DNA of 63,976 nucleotides, the filler included, from an uncultured bacterium (lineage in GTDB: Bacteria; CAZDME01; JAYEMH01): NCBI GenBank assembly GCA_964506785.1. It is 3 parts of 3 records of this genome, joined end to end, with 100 filler letters (N's around TTAATTAATTAA, not from the genome) between each part and the next. Parts side by side here need not be neighbours in the genome. Positions count along the whole stretch, not along the records: positions 1 to 26,295 come from CAZDME010000015.1; 2 more parts are not named here. One strand, given 5' to 3'. Below, piece after piece: positions 1-8,752 of this stretch. The stretch's first letter is position 1; each line of letters starts with the position of its first letter. The notes beneath the pieces are model-generated. The model had not been told where the DNA came from. It made no database searches and saw nothing but the letters and a program-made list of their open reading frames with translations. A program made the position numbers and the translations under genes.

Positions 1-1171
1 CCTCAAGGACCTCTTTGAGTAAAATTTTCTCTATGGGCTTGGCCGGCTGATAATAAATTTCCTCGCCTTTAACTTCGGCTAAAATCTTTCCTTGGCATAG
101 TTCAAAAAGGACTTCATTTATCAACCGCACCGGAATGTTTAAATACTGGGATAATCCTTCCGCTGACCAGGGTTTTTCTCCTTGATTAAATTTTTTTGCT
201 ACCGCCGCCACTAAACGCAGGCCCAAAGCTTCTTTAAAAGACTGGCTCACCCTGAAAACCCGGCTTTCCTCTCGATAAGTGGTGGCATTCTGATAAGCAA
301 AAGAAACCTCAGCCCCAAAAAGAATAATTATCCAGTTAACATTAACCCAGATTAAAAATATCGGGAAACTGGCAAAGATACCGTAAATAGCGCTGTATCT
401 GGCTACTCCGACTTGAAAGTGAACATAAAGCCATTGGGCAACCTGCCATAAGGTTCCTCCGACAATTCCGCCAATCAAGGCCGAACGGAAACGAACCCGG
501 GTATTGGGAAGAAAAATATAAACAAAGGCAAAGGCTAACCAAAGAGTCACATACGGAGCTAAACTCAAAAATAGTTTAAAGACACCGGTAACGATAAAAA
601 TATTTTTTATCTTTGCCAAAAATGAAAGGTTGGAATAACTGGCGGTAATTCCCGTAGCCGCCAGAACTAAAATAGGGAAGATAATTCCCACGCTGATATA
701 ATCGCGAAACTTCTGGAATAAATTCCGGGAGCGCTTAATCCCCCAGATATCGTTAAAGGCCCTTTCAATAAAACCCAGCATATTAATGACCACGGCAATC
801 AAAATAACCAAGCCGATTGTTCCTAAGGTGGCCACATTGGTCTTATCGACATATTCCAAAATTCTTGAAAAAACTTCACCCTGGCCGACGGCAAATTTAT
901 CAATAATCAACGGCCTGAGTTTATCCTGAACTCCGAAATTTTTTGCTAAGGAAAAAATAAAGGCAAGAAAAGGACCGACGCAAAGAAGAGTCATATAGGT
1001 AAGCCAGGCCGCTTGCAGATGGATAGTTCCTTTAATAAAACCTTTCCAAATGAGGTAAATAACTTTGAGCTGATGAAGGAGGAATCCTTTAAGGCGGGAA
1101 ATATTTCTTGCGTCTACCCGCCAAAGATCCTCTATCATAAAGTTCTTAATGCGCTGTAACTTTTTAATCAA
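1..1171 (-). CDS. YihY/virulence factor BrkB family membrane protein with C-terminal winged-helix (Rrf2-like) extension; 3' end runs off the window
   Basis: Hand-translated (missing from ORF track): MIKKLQRIKNFMIEDLWRVD...AAWLTYMTLL...YSAIYGIFASFPIFLIWVNVNWIIILFGAEVSFAYQN. TTG start at 1171 or ATG at 1138. Confidence 0.85.
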   Translation of the reverse strand, partial: MIKKLQRIKNFMIEDLWRVDARNISRLKGFLLHQLKVIYLIWKGFIKGTIHLQAAWLTYMTLLCVGPFLAFIFSLAKNFGVQDKLRPLIIDKFAVGQGEVFSRILEYVDKTNVATLGTIGLVILIAVVINMLGFIERAFNDIWGIKRSRNLFQKFRDYISVGIIFPILVLAATGITASYSNLSFLAKIKNIFIVTGVFKLFLSLAPYVTLWLAFAFVYIFLPNTRVRFRSALIGGIVGGTLWQVAQWLYVHFQVGVARYSAIYGIFASFPIFLIWVNVNWIIILFGAEVSFAYQNATTYREESRVFRVSQSFKEALGLRLVAAVAKKFNQGEKPWSAEGLSQYLNIPVRLINEVLFELCQGKILAEVKGEEIYYQPAKPIEKILLKEVLE

Positions 1172-1556
1172 GAGGCGTCTCCTTTTGCCCTTTAATTTCC
1201 TTTTGCCGCTCTAAAAGATGCTGGCCATACAAAGAAGTTAGCCCTCCTTTTGTTTCTAAATTTTGAAGATGCTTCTCTACTTCCTCTAACGTCATCCGGT
1301 TTATTTTTTTCCTTTTTTTCCCTTTTCCCTCTGGAGGAACGGCCGCTTTTTCTTTTGTTTCCTCCTTCGGCGCCTCTTTTTTTTCCTTTGACCCTTCTTC
1401 CTTTTCTTTTTGGGGCACCTCTTTTTTCACCTCTTTAACTTCCTCTTTTGACGGTTCCTTGGCGGCTTTTTCTTTGGCCGCCTCTTTTTGTTCCTTTTCT
1501 TTCGGATTTTCTTCTGCGGCCTTATCAATCTCTTTCTTCTCTTTTTCCTCGGTCAT
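1164..1556 (-). CDS. Lys/Glu-rich low-complexity protein with short C-terminal helical domain
   Basis: Strong RBS (AGGAGGAG) before ATG at 1556 (MTEEKEKK), so the ORF-track start at 1649 is probably too long. Confidence 0.7.
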   Translation of the reverse strand: MTEEKEKKEIDKAAEENPKEKEQKEAAKEKAAKEPSKEEVKEVKKEVPQKEKEEGSKEKKEAPKEETKEKAAVPPEGKGKKRKKINRMTLEEVEKHLQNLETKGGLTSLYGQHLLERQKEIKGQKETPLD

Positions 1557-1657
1557 TTCTCCTCCTGTCAACCCTCTCCCCTCCTCAATGGCGGGGGGCA
1601 CTGTCCGAATGTCAAGTCTACGGAATTTAAGGTATTTTAGTATGCGCAAAACTCAAT

Positions 1658-2038
1658 TTAAAACGCGGCGTATATTAATCCAAATCCAATGGCCATGACT
1701 AAACAGCTAAGCAGACGAAAAACATAAAGAGGTTTCTCCTTCCAATAAGAAAAAATAGCCATTATTTTATTTTGAGAAATAAAAAATGTCAAAAGCCCGG
1801 CCGTAAAAATAATTATACCCAGGCTGATAACAAAGGAATAAGCCCTGCTTTCCTGGGCGGAAAAAAGCAGTAAAAGCCCCAGAAATATTCTTATCGCGCC
1901 AACCAAATAAAGTCGGCCCTTTCCTCTTTTAGAGACAAAATCAATAATTACCGGGCCAGCCAAAGGCCGAAGCAAAATAATCATCCCCAAAATAACCATT
2001 CCCGAACCGATTAAAGATATAATCCAATATGGCATCAT
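1658..2038 (-). CDS. Small 4-TM membrane protein (DUF2065-like)
   Basis: 126 aa, four hydrophobic segments. Confidence 0.65.
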   Translation of the reverse strand: MMPYWIISLIGSGMVILGMIILLRPLAGPVIIDFVSKRGKGRLYLVGAIRIFLGLLLLFSAQESRAYSFVISLGIIIFTAGLLTFFISQNKIMAIFSYWKEKPLYVFRLLSCLVMAIGFGLIYAAF

Positions 2039-2112
2039 CTCTCTGTCCCCCTTCTTTAGGAGCTCAGAACCTCACCGCTCGCTTTATCCTTCAAATACGG
2101 CCCTTTGCCCTT

Positions 2113-2961
2113 TTAGATTGTTTTTTCAAGATTGTTAATTCTTTTTATTAATCCCTCATGTGTAGGGAAAAGCCTAAGATCTTTCCGGTAATATTCTATA
2201 GCTTTATCCGCCCTGCCTGTTTTTTCGTAACTGGCGCCCAGAAAGGTCAAAACATGGCTCATATCAAACTTATCGCAGTTTTCTTCATTCATTAACAATT
2301 CTGCTTTAGAATAAAATCTTATTGACTGGGGATAATCCTGCTTCTCGGTAAAATAAAGATTACCCATTTCAGCATAAATCTGCCAGGCATTTGGATTATA
2401 TTTCATCCCTTCCCTTAAAAATTTTAAAGCTTCATCCACCTTTCCTAATCTCGAACCTACCCAGTAGGCGCCAATCACATAGGCCTCGATATTATGCGGG
2501 TTAAGTTTGACTGAGTAATAAAGCCAGGGCACAACTTCCTTTTCTTCTTCGCCATGAAGGTGCCGGTGTTGATGAATAGAAATTTCACCGCCGATTCGCG
2601 GAAGAATATTAAATATGCATGTTTTTTCCGTTTCACCCTCGTTTTCATCCGCATGTTTATGCAGATGGGGCAGGTCTTTGACTAACCCTTTTCTCCCAAT
2701 CTGTTCTTCTTTATCCCGCAGGAGACAAACATGAGGTTCTAAATTTTTATGTCTTACGCCACCGTGGTAGTATTCGTCAGCCTTTAGATAAGTTAAATCA
2801 GCCACCAGGTTTTTAGCTTCCCCCAGCGTTCTAAAAACAATATCCCTTTCCGAAATGCCTTTAGATTTAATGAAGTCATGGTTGAACCCATCTATCCTGG
2901 GGGCAAGGTAGAGAACGCTGAGTGCCCAAAGTAAACTAAAAAAATATACTTTCGTTTTCAT
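2113..2961 (-). CDS. Membrane-anchored TPR protein with His-rich segment
   Basis: Likely start MKTKV at 2961 (ATGA overlap with upstream stop). N-terminal TM/signal; TPR-like helices (DEALKFLREGMKYNP, KAIEYYRKDLRLFP). Confidence 0.8.
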   Translation of the reverse strand: MKTKVYFFSLLWALSVLYLAPRIDGFNHDFIKSKGISERDIVFRTLGEAKNLVADLTYLKADEYYHGGVRHKNLEPHVCLLRDKEEQIGRKGLVKDLPHLHKHADENEGETEKTCIFNILPRIGGEISIHQHRHLHGEEEKEVVPWLYYSVKLNPHNIEAYVIGAYWVGSRLGKVDEALKFLREGMKYNPNAWQIYAEMGNLYFTEKQDYPQSIRFYSKAELLMNEENCDKFDMSHVLTFLGASYEKTGRADKAIEYYRKDLRLFPTHEGLIKRINNLEKTI

Positions 2962-3728
2962 AGAGATTTCTTCCGTATTTTTAGATAGCCCAGCGTAAGA
3001 ATAAAAGATACATAAATCAACGTATAAAAAAATATAGCGCTGACGACCCAGAATGGCAGCGGTTCCCAATCGTGAACAATTCTCATCCGCAGGTCATAAA
3101 ATTCGTAATGAGGAAAAATTTGATAACTTAAGTTATAAATAAAAGCGAGGATTTTTTGCGGGGATAATATTTGCACCCGGAGATATTCGCCAAACCAGCT
3201 CATAAAAACATAAAAAAGTATAGAAATTGTCACATTCGCCGAGATGGTAAGAAAGGTAGAAAAAAAGATGCTTAAGGCGCAAACTAAACTTAGAAAAAGC
3301 AGACCAAAAAGATAGGCTTGAAAAAAAAGCGCCCATTCCAGTTCTTCTCCTTTTAACCGGGAAATCAGAATAAAAATTATATAGAAAATGGTAAAGGAAA
3401 AAATTGCCGCCGAAACAGAACCCAAAAATTTCCCTAAAAGCATCTGCCAGCGGCTGATTGGTTTAGCCAAAAGCGGCTGGATCGTATGAGTGCTTATCTC
3501 CGTGGGAATCTGGCGGGCCGAGAAAGTTACGGCGATAACTAAAGAAAAAAGCCATAAAAGGCTAAATCCGACATCCTTTAAAAAACGAGAAATCCCCGGC
3601 ACATTAAGAAAAGTCTGATTCAAAAGGACCAGTAGAAAAATAACCAATAGGATGAAGAAAACATAAAAATCTTTCTTTCGATATACCTCCCTCCAGGAAT
3701 TTTTAGCCAGGGCTAATATACTTCCCAT
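2958..3728 (-). CDS. ABC-2 type transporter permease
   Basis: 6 TM; TIQPLLAKPISRWQMLLGKFLG motif. Confidence 0.9.
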   Translation of the reverse strand: MGSILALAKNSWREVYRKKDFYVFFILLVIFLLVLLNQTFLNVPGISRFLKDVGFSLLWLFSLVIAVTFSARQIPTEISTHTIQPLLAKPISRWQMLLGKFLGSVSAAIFSFTIFYIIFILISRLKGEELEWALFFQAYLFGLLFLSLVCALSIFFSTFLTISANVTISILFYVFMSWFGEYLRVQILSPQKILAFIYNLSYQIFPHYEFYDLRMRIVHDWEPLPFWVVSAIFFYTLIYVSFILTLGYLKIRKKSL

Positions 3729-4462
3729 TACCTTCCTCCAATGACAGATAAGAAGTATTGCTCAAGACTCTGGTGTTGCCCTCTTTCCTCAAGAAGTTTA
3801 TCCAGAGTTCCTAAGCGCTTAATCTTTCCTTCTTTAAGAATGGCAATGCGGTCGCTGATTAATTCTACTTCCGATAATTCATGAGAAGAGAAAAATATAG
3901 TTTTCCCTCTATTCTTCAATTCTTTTATTAAATCCCTCATGGTTATTCTGGATACGGGGTCTAATCCGCCGGTCGGCTCGTCTAAAATGAGAAGCTCGGG
4001 GTCATTGATAAGAGCCTGGACGAAACTAACCTTCTGCATCATCCCTTTAGAAAAATTCTTCATCAGAATGTCTGCCGAATCTCTTAAATCGACCAACTCT
4101 AATAGTTCATCCGTCCGCTTAGCTATGGTCTTTTTATCCAGATGGAAAAAAGTTCCATACATCCGGAGCAACTCCCCTGGGGTAAGATACCAATAATAAG
4201 TAGCTATCTCCGGCATATAGCCTATTTTTCCCCGGGAGAACGGATTTTGAGGCAGTTTTCTGAAGAGAAAAATTTCCCCTGAATCAGGATAAAGCAACCC
4301 GAGCATCGCTTTAATGGTAGTGGTTTTCCCGGCGCCATTAGGGCCTAAAAAACCAAATATTTCTCCCGGATAAATTTCAAGGTCAAGCCGGTCAAGGGCT
4401 AATTTAGCCTTTCTGTCTTTATAGATTACGGTCAAATTGCTAATTTCAATAACCTTATCCAT
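3728..4462 (-). CDS. ABC transporter ATP-binding protein
   Basis: Walker A GPNGAGKT, signature FSKGM, Walker B LLILDEP, SSH switch. Confidence 0.95.
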   Translation of the reverse strand: MDKVIEISNLTVIYKDRKAKLALDRLDLEIYPGEIFGFLGPNGAGKTTTIKAMLGLLYPDSGEIFLFRKLPQNPFSRGKIGYMPEIATYYWYLTPGELLRMYGTFFHLDKKTIAKRTDELLELVDLRDSADILMKNFSKGMMQKVSFVQALINDPELLILDEPTGGLDPVSRITMRDLIKELKNRGKTIFFSSHELSEVELISDRIAILKEGKIKRLGTLDKLLEERGQHQSLEQYFLSVIGGR

Positions 4463-4515
4463 TCAAACCTCAATAACCACCTGAAAGTTTACCTTGCTCG
4501 AATCGCCATTGAGTT

Positions 4516-4595
4516 TTCCAATAATTTAAAATTTCCAATATACAAATTACACACACCTTTTTTATTTGTAATTTGGGAGTTGTAATTTGTAATTT
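4516..4595. repeat. AT-rich heptameric/palindromic intergenic repeat (caaatta/ttgtaat family)
   Basis: tatttgtaatttgggagttgtaatttgtaattt (4563-4595) nearly matches tatttgtaatttgttagttgtactttgtaattc (47462-47494). Confidence 0.7.
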
Positions 4596-4658
4596 ACCAT
4601 GTCCTAGCTACGCCACCGCGAGCGGTTACCCCAGTCTTTCAGTTACCCTAATAGCCCT

Positions 4659-5468
4659 TTACTCCACCCCATATTTTAGCAGAAAATCATTGATTTTTTG
4701 AGAAAATTTTTCTGAATTTTCTAAAGCCGCTTCGTTATGGCCCCCTCTTAATTCAAGAAATTCTTTGGGAGGAGGGGCTTCGGCAAACAAAGCCTCTGCC
4801 TGTTCGAAAGGGACAATTTCATCATCCCGGCTATGAATAATTAATTTGGGAATGGTCAGATTCTTTATTTTAGAAAAGGAGTCGTATTTTTGGGTAATAA
4901 TTAATTTTACCGGATAATGAGGATAAAGTTTTCGTCCCATATCAGTCGCCGAGGTAAAAGTACCGAAGGTAATTAGGCTTCTGGCTGTAACCTTACCGGC
5001 TAGGTCAATGGCTACTGCCCCGCCCAATGATTCGCCGTAAAGAACAATTTTATCTTTATCGATATCTGCGCGCCCCGTCAGATAATCATAAGCACCTTTA
5101 CCGTCAGAATAAATCCCTTTTTCTGAGGGATTCCCCGGGCTTTTTCCGTAGCCGCGATAATCAAAGATAAAAACATTCAGCCCTAATTTGTTGAAAATCT
5201 TAAAAAAATCAATCCGATGGCCGATATTCCCGCCATTTCCATGCGAAAAAAGGATCGTCCCGCGATTTTTTTTAGCCGGGATAAACCAGCCGTTTATCTG
5301 CTTGCCGTCAGCAGTCGGATAAAAAACCTCTTCAAAATCTAAACCAACTTCTCCAGGAGTAAATTCGATAATCTCTGAAGGAAAATAAATATTATTATGC
5401 TCGAAATTCCTGAGATACATCCATCCACCCAACAGGATTAAAATAATAACAATTAAGCGTATCAACAT
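4659..5468 (-). CDS. Alpha/beta hydrolase (ABHD13/BEM46-like)
   Basis: HGNGGN, DYRGYG, nucleophile GESLG, D(DEIVP), GGHN. Confidence 0.92.
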   Translation of the reverse strand: MLIRLIVIILILLGGWMYLRNFEHNNIYFPSEIIEFTPGEVGLDFEEVFYPTADGKQINGWFIPAKKNRGTILFSHGNGGNIGHRIDFFKIFNKLGLNVFIFDYRGYGKSPGNPSEKGIYSDGKGAYDYLTGRADIDKDKIVLYGESLGGAVAIDLAGKVTARSLITFGTFTSATDMGRKLYPHYPVKLIITQKYDSFSKIKNLTIPKLIIHSRDDEIVPFEQAEALFAEAPPPKEFLELRGGHNEAALENSEKFSQKINDFLLKYGVE

Positions 5469-5517
5469 TTTGATAAGTAAGAATTATATACTACATTTAA
5501 GGAAAAGGGAAGCGATT

Positions 5518-6570
5518 TTATTTTAGGGATTTTTTTATGATTCCCCCGCCAAGAACAACCTTACCGTCATAAAAAACCACCGCTTGACCCGGCGTTATGG
5601 CCCGCTGGGGCTTTTTAAATCTGACTAAAGCCGTATTCCTTTTTTGTGGAGTTACCTGCGCCTCTCTTTCTTTATGAAGATACCTTATTTTCGCCCTGGC
5701 AGAAAAACCTCTGGTTTTCTTTCTATATATATAATGCACCTTTTGGGCAATTACCTCCCTCTGGTAAAGATTTTTTTCGCTACCGATAAAGATACTGTTC
5801 GTCTTAGCCTCGATTCTAGTTACATATCGCCTCTCTCCACTTGATATGCCCAAACCCCTTCGCTGGCCGATAGTATAAAAGGCTATTCCCGAATGCTTTC
5901 CTAACATTTCTCCTTTACCGTTTAAAATGGGTCCGGGAAACGTCTCTTTAGAAAAACAATCCTTAAGAAAACTTCGATAATTATTGCCGGGGATAAAACA
6001 AATATCCTGGCTTTCTCTTTGTTCGGCCGGAAATCCCAGCGCTCTGGCTCCCTTTGTTGCTTTTTTTTTGCTGTAATTTCCCAGCGGCAGCAAAATTCTG
6101 GCCAATTGATTTTGTCTTAAGAAGTACAATACGTAAGATTGGTCTTTCTTTGAATCGACTCCTTTTTTAAGTAAATAACATTTTTTTCTTTTATTGTATT
6201 CGACCCGGGCGTAATGTCCGGTAGCCACAAATTTTATTCCTAATTCGCCAGCTTTTTTAAACAAATATCTAAATTTTATATACTGGTTGCATCTGATGCA
6301 GGGATTAGGGGTTTTCCCCTGCCAATATTCCCGGCAAAATTTTTCAATTATTTCTTTTCTAAAAGCTTCCTCCACATCTAATACATAATGGTCTATTCCC
6401 AGCTTTGCGGCTGTTTTTTTCGCCTCAAAAGCCTTAGAACCTTTCAGATAGCCGGGCCAGAGCTGTAGGGTTAAACCAATAACCTCATAGCCAGCTTTCT
6501 TTAAAAGATAAGCGGCAACTGAGGAATCAATTCCGCCGCTCATCCCCACCAATACTTTTTTATTCCGCAT
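5518..6570 (-). CDS. mnmA: tRNA 2-thiouridine(34) synthase
   Basis: SGGIDS, PNPCIRCN, ATGHYA, KDQSY, ESQDICF, TIGQRRG, TPGQAVV. Confidence 0.97.
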   Translation of the reverse strand: MRNKKVLVGMSGGIDSSVAAYLLKKAGYEVIGLTLQLWPGYLKGSKAFEAKKTAAKLGIDHYVLDVEEAFRKEIIEKFCREYWQGKTPNPCIRCNQYIKFRYLFKKAGELGIKFVATGHYARVEYNKRKKCYLLKKGVDSKKDQSYVLYFLRQNQLARILLPLGNYSKKKATKGARALGFPAEQRESQDICFIPGNNYRSFLKDCFSKETFPGPILNGKGEMLGKHSGIAFYTIGQRRGLGISSGERRYVTRIEAKTNSIFIGSEKNLYQREVIAQKVHYIYRKKTRGFSARAKIRYLHKEREAQVTPQKRNTALVRFKKPQRAITPGQAVVFYDGKVVLGGGIIKKSLK

Positions 6571-6699
6571 AATTTTAAAAATCCTGCCTAAAAATCCTGC
6601 TTCAAGTCACTATCTTATATATGATATAATGACTTGTCCAGAAAATTATTAGACGCATCTGCATTCAAAAAAAGGGGTGCGTAATACAGGCTAAAGATT

Positions 6700-7455
6700 A
6701 TGAAAAAAGGGAAAAATAGAATTTTTATCGGCACAAGCGGCTATAACTACCGCCATTGGGGAGGGGGAATTTTTTATCCGGCAACCATCCCCTCCAGACA
6801 ATGGCTGGAATATTACAGCCGGCATTTTAATAGCGTCGAATTAAATGTTACTTTTTACCGCCTCCCCAGCCTTAAAGCCTTTGCCGGTTGGTACCGCCGC
6901 AGTCCTAAAAATTTCAGATTTGTCATCAAAGGAAGCCGCTTCATCACCCACCTGAAAAGATTAAAAGATTCGAAGGAAAACCTGCGAATCTTTTTTAAAA
7001 ATGCCGCCCCCTTAAAAGAAAAATTAGCTGCCGTTCTTTGGCAATTTCCGGCAAATTTCCACCTGAATTTGGAAAGATTATCCGAATTTACCGCTTTACT
7101 CAAAAAAAATAAACTGGCAAAAAAAGTGCCGCAGGTCTTTGAATTCCGCCATCCCAGCTGGTTTTGCCCGGAGGTTTATTCTCTCCTGGGGAAACATAAT
7201 TTTTGCCTGTGTATCGCCCATTCCAACCGCTGGCCCACCTTTGAAATTACCACTGCCGATTTTACATATCTGCGCTTTCATGGAGGAAAAAGTCTTTATT
7301 CTTCAAATTATTCACCAAAGGAATTAAAGAAGTGGGCAGATAAAGCCAGAGTCTGGCTCAGGGAAGGTAAGGATTTTTACGCCTACTTTAATAATGACGC
7401 CAGAGGCTTCGCCGTAAAGAACGCCATCTATTTCAAAAAACTGCTAAAAAAATAA
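6700..7455 (+). CDS. DUF72 (YecE-like) protein
   Basis: IGTSGYNY, VELNVTFYRLP, EFRHPSW, YLRFHG, YFNND. Confidence 0.93.
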   Translation: MKKGKNRIFIGTSGYNYRHWGGGIFYPATIPSRQWLEYYSRHFNSVELNVTFYRLPSLKAFAGWYRRSPKNFRFVIKGSRFITHLKRLKDSKENLRIFFKNAAPLKEKLAAVLWQFPANFHLNLERLSEFTALLKKNKLAKKVPQVFEFRHPSWFCPEVYSLLGKHNFCLCIAHSNRWPTFEITTADFTYLRFHGGKSLYSSNYSPKELKKWADKARVWLREGKDFYAYFNNDARGFAVKNAIYFKKLLKK

Positions 7456-7472
7456 AAGGGCCGCCCCGTCAG

Positions 7473-8099
7473 TTAGTTCTTTACCAAATGCACCAAAAAG
7501 TATTCCTTCTCGTCTTCAAGCCTCTCAAGAGAAAAATTCGTCTTCTCTGCCCAGTTTCTAAATTCATCCGCAGCAGGGAGAAAATCCTTTGCGATGGGAA
7601 AAGCTTTTTTTGCGTGGAACCGATTTAAGTTCTGGCGGCTAGCCAGATGAAAAATTAAAAAACTCCCTCCATTTTTTAATAAACGAAAAGCCTCTTTTAT
7701 AATTTTTTCTTTATCTTGAAAGTGGGGAAAAGAAGAAAAACAAAAAATATGGGTAAAACTCCCATCTTTAAAAGGGAGATGTTGAGCATCTGCCTGAATC
7801 CAGGAGAATCCATTAGTGCCTTTGGAGGCAGCCTTATCTCTCCTTATCCGCATGCCCTGCCTGAGCATTTCCCCGGAGATATCCGAGACAAAAAAATTCA
7901 AAGAAACCTTAGAAAAATTTACTAAAAACTCTGATAATCTTCCCGTTCCGCCCCCTAAATCCAGGATAAAATCCTGCGGCCTAAATTTTACTGGAGAAAG
8001 AATCTTTTTTGCCTTTTTCTCATCTTCCTGCCTAAATTGATGTTTCCCGTGCCAGTTAGCGGCCAGGCTGTCAAAAAATTTTTGCTTGGTAGGTATCAT
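7473..8099 (-). CDS. Class I SAM-dependent methyltransferase
   Basis: ILDLGGGTG, DIS-ML, ADAQHLPF, FPHF; last gene of the nikR-headed operon. Confidence 0.9.
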   Translation of the reverse strand: MIPTKQKFFDSLAANWHGKHQFRQEDEKKAKKILSPVKFRPQDFILDLGGGTGRLSEFLVNFSKVSLNFFVSDISGEMLRQGMRIRRDKAASKGTNGFSWIQADAQHLPFKDGSFTHIFCFSSFPHFQDKEKIIKEAFRLLKNGGSFLIFHLASRQNLNRFHAKKAFPIAKDFLPAADEFRNWAEKTNFSLERLEDEKEYFLVHLVKN

Positions 8100-8141
8100 C
8101 GTTCCCTAAAAAAATAGCTGTCCCTATCTTTTTTCACCCAT

Positions 8142-8675
8142 TTAATGAATGATAACTCTATATCTATCTAACCCCTTTACCAAAATAGGGACGACAATAA
8201 AATTAAGGATAATCCCCGGGATATTTTTTATCAGCGCCGGCCAAACCAGCCACTCCCCCGGCAGATGGAAAACATCGGACATAGCTAAAACGTAAAGAAT
8301 AAGAATTCCCCTTTCGGTTAAAAAAGCCAGAGAAAGGCTCAGAAAAATGTTCCAGCGCATTTTTTGATGCGTCCAATAAGCAATTTGAGTCATAGCGGCA
8401 AATTCTAAACACATAAGAGGAGCAATGGGCGGATAAAGCGGCGGCATACCGGTAGTAAAGGAAGATAGAAAAGGGATAAGCAAACTTAAAACTAAAGTTA
8501 TCCGCCACTGCAGGGTAAACCCGGCCACCAGAATAGGGAAAAACATGGGCATAAAGGTTGCGCCCAAGCCCAGTGCGTGAAAAATAAGGGGGAGGAGAAG
8601 GGCTAATGCCCCCCATATTCCTCCCCAAACCATATCCTTAATTTCTGCTCTTGATTTTTCTCTTGATTTAACCAT
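8142..8675 (-). CDS. ECF transporter substrate-specific S component
   Basis: LLLPLIFHALG..FMPMFFPIL...TGMPPLYP pattern; about 6 TM; same operon as EcfT/EcfA. Confidence 0.8.
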   Translation of the reverse strand: MVKSREKSRAEIKDMVWGGIWGALALLLPLIFHALGLGATFMPMFFPILVAGFTLQWRITLVLSLLIPFLSSFTTGMPPLYPPIAPLMCLEFAAMTQIAYWTHQKMRWNIFLSLSLAFLTERGILILYVLAMSDVFHLPGEWLVWPALIKNIPGIILNFIVVPILVKGLDRYRVIIH

Positions 8676-8702
8676 TTTTCAATTACAGCAATTCCAATTT
8701 AC

Positions 8703-8731
8703 AATTATAGGGTATCCGATATCCTATAATT
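8703..8731. repeat. Intergenic inverted repeat (stem-loop)
   Basis: aattatagggtatccgatatcctataatt is a near-perfect palindrome between the TonB-dependent receptor and the S component. Confidence 0.6.
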
Positions 8732-8752
8732 TCGATAGCCAATAGTTATGAT

